Shown piece by piece: positions 1 through 4,023 of a stretch of 4,023 nt of DNA. The stretch is from a virus. Taxonomy: Duplodnaviria > Heunggongvirae > Uroviricota > Caudoviricetes. The notes under the pieces were generated by a model, which worked only from the letters and a program-made list of their open reading frames with translations, was not told where the DNA came from and made no database searches. Position 1 is the first letter of the stretch. Each line of letters starts with the position of its first letter. The DNA lies in the IMG/VR virus record IMGVR_UViG_3300029847_000114; one strand, given 5' to 3'. The position numbers and the translations under genes are program-made.

Positions 1-1021
1 GTGCGGCATTTTTGTTGAGAATGGTGATTGCTGCGCTACTTGCCGCATTAGCATCAACGTTTGCATATGGTCGGCTGGCGACATCCGCGTTGTCAGGCGG
101 CAGAATTTTCGGGGAGATAGTTACTGTCGTTCCGCTTACTGCCAGAACGCGGAATACCTGCGGCTGCCCGGTGGTATCTTTGGTGATCTGGTGTACAGAA
201 TTCACCCCTGCGATGGTAAACGCATCGCCAACCTGCAAACCTTCAGCAGATACCGTAATGGTCCCCTGCCGGTTATCAACTGGCATATCGTTAGCATCTT
301 TCGCTTCAACTTTGTGCGCAGGTGCTGCTGCCAGCGTAATGGAAGTTGCTGTACCCTTCGGAACACGACCAGAAATATCGGTCTTGTAGCTATCGAAGGA
401 CGCAACCGGAGGGATCTGCGCTTTTTCGTATGCTGTCAGGGTTGCGCCCTGAGCATAGGCACGGTGACCAAGCTCGCCAGCAAGGTCTTTGTAGTTGAAG
501 GGGTTCCAGAAAGAGCGGCGGTTGATACCCTGTGGTACACCAATCGCCGTCATGGTGGCATCAATACCTGCCGCACAGTTCCACAAATCACGGCCCTGTG
601 AACCAGTGGTTGAGTCAGCCATTGTGATCACGTTAGTAGCACGCTGCGTGACCATGGAAATCAGGTCAGAGTCAATCTGTGCAGCAAGGCGCATACCTGC
701 GGCGCGACCAGCTTCAGTTTTATGTTCCGGGTCACGCATTTCACGCGCATCCAGAGTGTACAGAATGTTTTTCGGCTCCTTGAACACTGAAGGAACAAGG
801 CGCTGAACCAGTGCTGTTGGCGTTTTGCTGCTGAGATCGAGGCCTTCCTCAATGTTCATGTGGTAATGCTGCGGACGATACAGAACATCACCTGCTCGCT
901 GCATTGCTGTATCACCGGGACGGAATTTTTTAGCGTTACGGGAAACTACGCAGGCGGCCTCAAAGCCTTCAACGTAGTTTTCGAACATGATTTCAAGGTC
1001 TTTTGCTAATTGGTTAGCCAT
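1..1021 (-). CDS. Phage coat (major capsid) protein, P22 gp5-type; 3'-partial (C-terminus lies beyond window start)
   Basis: ATG at 1021..1019 with GGAG at 1033..1030, 8 nt upstream. Frame is open to position 1 (340 codons). My own reverse-complement translation, spot-checked at the N-terminus, at the FWNPFNYKD motif and at the window edge: MANQLAKDLEIMFENYVEGFEAACVVSRNAKKFRPGDTAMQRAGDVLYRPQHYHMNIEEGLDL ... GVPQGINRRSFWNPFNYKDL ... PYANVDANAASSAAITILNKNAA. Matching P22 gp5 motifs as recalled: [46 protein letters not shown]. Confidence 0.9.
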   Translation of the reverse strand, partial: MANQLAKDLEIMFENYVEGFEAACVVSRNAKKFRPGDTAMQRAGDVLYRPQHYHMNIEEGLDLSSKTPTALVQRLVPSVFKEPKNILYTLDAREMRDPEHKTEAGRAAGMRLAAQIDSDLISMVTQRATNVITMADSTTGSQGRDLWNCAAGIDATMTAIGVPQGINRRSFWNPFNYKDLAGELGHRAYAQGATLTAYEKAQIPPVASFDSYKTDISGRVPKGTATSITLAAAPAHKVEAKDANDMPVDNRQGTITVSAEGLQVGDAFTIAGVNSVHQITKDTTGQPQVFRVLAVSGTTVTISPKILPPDNADVASRPYANVDANAASSAAITILNKNAA

Positions 1022-1029
1022 GCTTAATG

Positions 1030-1033
1030 CTCC
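1030..1033 (-). promoter_or_regulatory. Ribosome-binding site (GGAG) for the coat gene, inside the 18-nt scaffold-coat spacer
   Basis: Minus-strand GGAG at 1033..1030, 8 nt upstream of the coat ATG at 1021. The scaffold stop TAA is at 1042..1040. Confidence 0.55.
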
Positions 1034-1039
1034 GATAGG

Positions 1040-1933
1040 TTATTTTTTTGCCTTTTTAGCGGCGAAATACGGCGTCCAGTCACCAGTTTCCAGCGCCTTG
1101 GCTTTCAGTTTGTCGAGGTTATTGATTACTGCGCCGTTGCTCCCCTTAACTGTCGGGGTTGTGGCTGCCGTGGTTTTTGCTTTTGGCATGATTCTGGCCT
1201 TCGATTCGATACGTTCCAGCAGACGACCAATTGCTACGGGGTTGGTAGCTTCTGCCAGTTGCTTGCGCAGTTCAGCGTTGCGGCCGAGCGCCAGAACAAC
1301 GATTTCCGGCTTCTCTGACTCAAGAAGGATCATGTCCTGAATATGAACAGGAACATCTTCGCGTACAGCCTGCTCTGCATCCTGGTAGCCAGCCACTTTC
1401 AGTGCTTTTACTCTCTGCATGTAATTGGCTGCTTTCTGCTGAAGCGTTGCGGTACGCGCCTCTTCCTCTCGTTTCCGCTCTCGTACTTGCTCCTGGTATT
1501 TGCCGTTTTCCTCTGCCCACTTAGCCATGCGTTGCTGGTAGATTTCTTCATCGAAACCGATGTCCTCATCGTCCAGTTTTGGCATTCGCGGTGGTTGAGT
1601 GATTACCGGCTGCTGCTCGACGGGTTTCTGAGACTGACGCATCAGCTCTTTCAGCTCGCGGTCTTTCTCTTTAATCGTCTTGCGCAGGTGTTTTACCAGT
1701 CCATGCTCTGCGCCATCTTCGCTGGTTGGCGAATCCAGCTTTTCGTCACCAAAGTAGAATTCCTGTTCTGATTCGTCGTCATCAGTTTCAGTAGCTTCCT
1801 CTGCATCATTGCCGGAGGACTCACTGCCATCTTCTGTTTCGACTTCTTCAGCCAGTTCGACATCATCAGGAATCTGCTCTGACGCGTCGGTTTCGATTTC
1901 AACTTCTGGTGTGTTTTCTGCCATCTGGTCCAT
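1040..1933 (-). CDS. Phage scaffolding protein, P22 gp8-like, 297 aa
   Basis: Complete ORF, ATG at 1933..1931 and TAA at 1042..1040. AGGGG Shine-Dalgarno at 1944..1940, 6 nt upstream of the ATG. Sits between portal and coat as in P22. Very acidic N-terminal region, charged helical middle (KEKDRELKELMRQ, RERKREEEAR), and a basic C-terminus (LDKLKAKALETGDWTPYFAAKKAKK) resembling the helix-turn-helix coat-binding tail of P22 gp8. Confidence 0.85.
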   Translation of the reverse strand: MDQMAENTPEVEIETDASEQIPDDVELAEEVETEDGSESSGNDAEEATETDDDESEQEFYFGDEKLDSPTSEDGAEHGLVKHLRKTIKEKDRELKELMRQSQKPVEQQPVITQPPRMPKLDDEDIGFDEEIYQQRMAKWAEENGKYQEQVRERKREEEARTATLQQKAANYMQRVKALKVAGYQDAEQAVREDVPVHIQDMILLESEKPEIVVLALGRNAELRKQLAEATNPVAIGRLLERIESKARIMPKAKTTAATTPTVKGSNGAVINNLDKLKAKALETGDWTPYFAAKKAKK

Positions 1934-1939
1934 TTGTTA

Positions 1940-1944
1940 CCCCT
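1940..1944 (-). promoter_or_regulatory. Ribosome-binding site (AGGGG) for the scaffolding gene
   Basis: Plus-strand cccct at 1940-1944 reads AGGGG on the minus strand, 6 nt upstream of the ATG at 1933. Confidence 0.55.
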
Positions 1945-2023
1945 GTTTACTCGATGTTCAGCCCATCGGAAGGCAATAGGGTGCCAGGCCTCATAAAGAC
2001 AGCCATTGCACGTTATGGGTTAA

Positions 2024-4023
2024 TTACTGCTGTGGTTGTTGTTGAGTTGATTTTTGCAGGATGCTGCTGATGTCCATGCGCTGCGCATGGCCCTGTGCCT
2101 GACTTCTCAGGACAAGCTCTGCATCAGCACGGGCATTGTCTCCTTGCTGTTGCTGGAACTGTCCGAGCAGTTTCAGAGCCTCGCGGATATCAGATTTCTG
2201 CTGGCTATCGGCAGATGCGAGGATTTTCACAACATTTGCCGCTGCAACCTGAGCATCAGTCTGTGCCTGGAATGCTTTAACCTGAATGGCTGCCTGTTCG
2301 TTCTGCGCTTTCTGCAATTCAGCCTGACCAGCAAGCAGCTGACCTTGCGCTGCAACCATAGCCGGATCTGGCTGACTGGCCTGTTGTTGTTTCGCCTGCT
2401 CAACCATTTGCTGTTCTTCTGGCGTTCTCGGCTTGATAACTCCAGACAGAAGCAACTGATTGCGGTTGTATTCTTTAAGGTCGTCCATCCCTTCGCCGTC
2501 CATATTGTCGAGAATCATCGACGATACAAGGTCGTGCTTCGGCGTTCCTGGTGGGATAAGTGCCAGCATGGAAAGTAACGACTTAACCGTTGCGTCACGG
2601 CGAGTAGCGAACGACTGACCGACATCGACAGTCACTTCATAGTTACCCTGCGAAAGGTCGTTAAGTGCGATAACCTGCCCTGTCTGACGGTCAACNNNNN
2701 NNNNNNNNNNNNNNNNNNNNNNNNNNNNNNNNNNNNNNNNNNNNNNNNNNNNNNNNNNNNNNNNNNNNTAGAAAGCCACACGACGCCAGCACGGCGCATG
2801 GATTTAGCCATGTTGTCCATGTAGATATAGGACTGCGTGTCCATCCGGTTAAAGATGCTATCAACGGTATCGGTAGCGACGTTGCTCGGCATGTTCTCAA
2901 GCTGCGACGCGCCTGTAATTTGCTGAATAGCCGTTCCGGTGTACTGCAATAGCCCGGCAAGAGCAGGAGGCATTTGTGTCGGAGGTGTCCAGCCAGCAAC
3001 CTGAGCCTCTGAAATGACCGTTCCGTTTTTGTCCTTCTTGCTGGTCATGGGAAGAACTGCAGGTCTTTTCTTATTCCTCTCTGCCCAGTGATTCATTAAT
3101 GGACCGGGAATGAAATCAACATCCACGATAGGAATGCCATCACCGCCAGCCTGAGTAGCGTTATCTGCAATCATGGAAACCATCAGGTTCTCAAGACGCT
3201 GTGCATCCATCGCTTTTGCTGCGTGGCCTTCGATTCGCTCCTGATTATCAACAAATGAGCGACGCCCATATACCGGGATGAGTGGAATATGTTCTCCCGG
3301 AATACGCTTTGGTTCTTCCAGCCATTCAGCGCCAGACAGAAGACCGCAATAAACTCGGCGTTTCTTCACTGTCCGCTCACCGATCAGTTCGAATGCACCA
3401 TCGGTTAGCTCGTCGACAATATCTTTGATTTGCTCTTCATCATAGATTGCCGTTTCTCCGCTAACAGAGTTACGCCACGCCGTGAGCTTCACCTTCTCTA
3501 TGCGAACTTCGTAGTAGCGACCAACATAGATAGCATCAGGCGTTGACCAGTCATATTGAGTGCCAGTGTCATCACGAGAAAGACTTGCCGCGATGGAATC
3601 AGGGTATTCAGCCTCGAACGCTTTAGGCGTCATGGAGAACATTTCCATAGCCCACATAGCATCAGAGCGGTCATATTGCTTGCTGTCCTGATCGAAGAAG
3701 ACGCATGTCGCTGGGTCGTAAACCGGGAGAAGGCTTATACGGCGTTGCTCGTTACTCGGATCCATTTCATCTTCGTAATCGGCACACATGCGGAAACAAC
3801 CGAATCCGCCCGTTACAGCATCATCAAATGCGTTATCACACGCTTCGCCACCGGATGTTTCCTGATAGTCAGCGCGGAATTTGCCGTTCATTTTTTCGGC
3901 TAACGCTTCCGATGCCTTATCGTCCTTCGGTCTGAATTTAACGCTTATGCGATTCTGTCGATACTCGCCAATGATGCGATCACATTCACGGGCAATCTTA
4001 TTCAGTTCAAAGCGCGGGTAATG
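2024..4023 (-). CDS. Phage portal protein, P22 gp1-like; 5'-partial (N-terminus lies beyond window end); interrupted by N-run 2696-2768
   Basis: Track ORFs 2632..3891 and 2024..2779 are the two halves of one minus-strand gene, split only by the N-run. The frame also stays open from 3891 to the window edge at 4023 (my own translation: ...FELNKIARECDRIIGEYRQNRISVKFRPKDDKASEALAEKMNGKF...). Motifs matching P22 portal as recalled: GEHIPLIPVYG (P22 GEHIPIVPVFG), KKRRVY, DPAMVAAQGQLLAGQAELQKAQN (P22 [23 protein letters not shown]), and C-terminal HAQRMDISSILQ (P22 HKQRMDIANILQ). Stop codon TAA at 2026..2024. Confidence 0.9.
2696..2768. other. Run of 73 N (assembly gap or masked bases) inside the portal gene
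   Basis: Directly visible. The flanking coding sequence is in frames that cannot be joined by exactly 73 nt. Confidence 0.99.

Noticed and set aside
12-806. Plus-strand ORFs 12..389, 191..601 and 495..806
   Set aside because: All lie antisense to the strongly supported coat gene, overlap one another in different frames, and have no recognisable ribosome-binding site or domain features. They are typical shadow ORFs of a coding strand.
1041-1058. Plus-strand T-rich run (tattttttt gcc ttttt) that could resemble a rho-independent terminator tail
   Set aside because: There is no GC-rich hairpin directly upstream on the plus strand. The T-run is simply the antisense of the Lys codons (KKAKK) at the scaffold C-terminus, and a terminator inside the late operon between scaffold and coat would be counterproductive.
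987-1771. Plus-strand ORFs 987..1340 and 1343..1771
   Set aside because: Antisense to the scaffolding gene. Their hydrophobic, Leu/Phe-rich composition is the expected mirror image of the scaffold's Glu/Lys/Asp codons, not evidence of a membrane protein.
202-1902. Minus-strand ORFs 202..405, 661..852, 1320..1520 and 1693..1902
   Set aside because: Same strand as the real genes but out of frame and wholly embedded in the coat or scaffold CDS. They lack upstream Shine-Dalgarno motifs.
1947-2006. 19-codon minus-strand mini-ORF (MAVFMRPGTLLPSDGLNIE) in the portal-scaffold spacer
   Set aside because: It has no Shine-Dalgarno upstream of its AUG, is too short to assess, and overlaps the scaffold ribosome-binding region. 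It is more likely chance than a leader peptide, though it cannot be formally excluded.
2054-2578. Plus-strand ORFs 2054..2578 and 2095..2280
   Set aside because: Antisense to the portal C-terminal region. The Leu/Cys-rich low-complexity translation comes from reading Gln/Ala codon repeats backwards.
2632-2999. Apparent split of the portal into two ORFs, with a GTG start at 2779 and a short out-of-frame tail 2632..2695, plus embedded ORF 2691..2999
   Set aside because: This is an artefact of the N-run. The start at 2779 is created by translating through N, and the protein sequence on both sides aligns colinearly with a single portal protein.
3556-3935. Plus-strand ORFs 3556..3903 and 3705..3935
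   Set aside because: Antisense to the portal N-terminal half, with no independent support.

Overview
This window is a conventional head-morphogenesis module of a P22-like tailed phage or prophage, with all three genes on the minus strand in the order portal, scaffolding protein, coat protein (the P22 gene 1 - 8 - 5 arrangement). The portal gene runs off the 3' end of the window and is interrupted by a 73-nt run of N; the coat gene runs off the 5' end. The translated proteins show recognisable motif-level similarity to P22 gp1, gp8 and gp5 as I recall them, but are clearly diverged. No prohead protease or decoration gene lies between portal and coat, which fits P22-type assembly. I see no tRNA, CRISPR, IS element or convincing promoter or terminator, and no evidence of a novel system in the readable sequence. 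All plus-strand ORFs in the track are antisense to these genes and look spurious. Codon usage and GC content look enterobacterial, but that is a weak impression. The most notable items are the N-gap, which breaks the portal reading frame, and the 90-nt portal-scaffold spacer.
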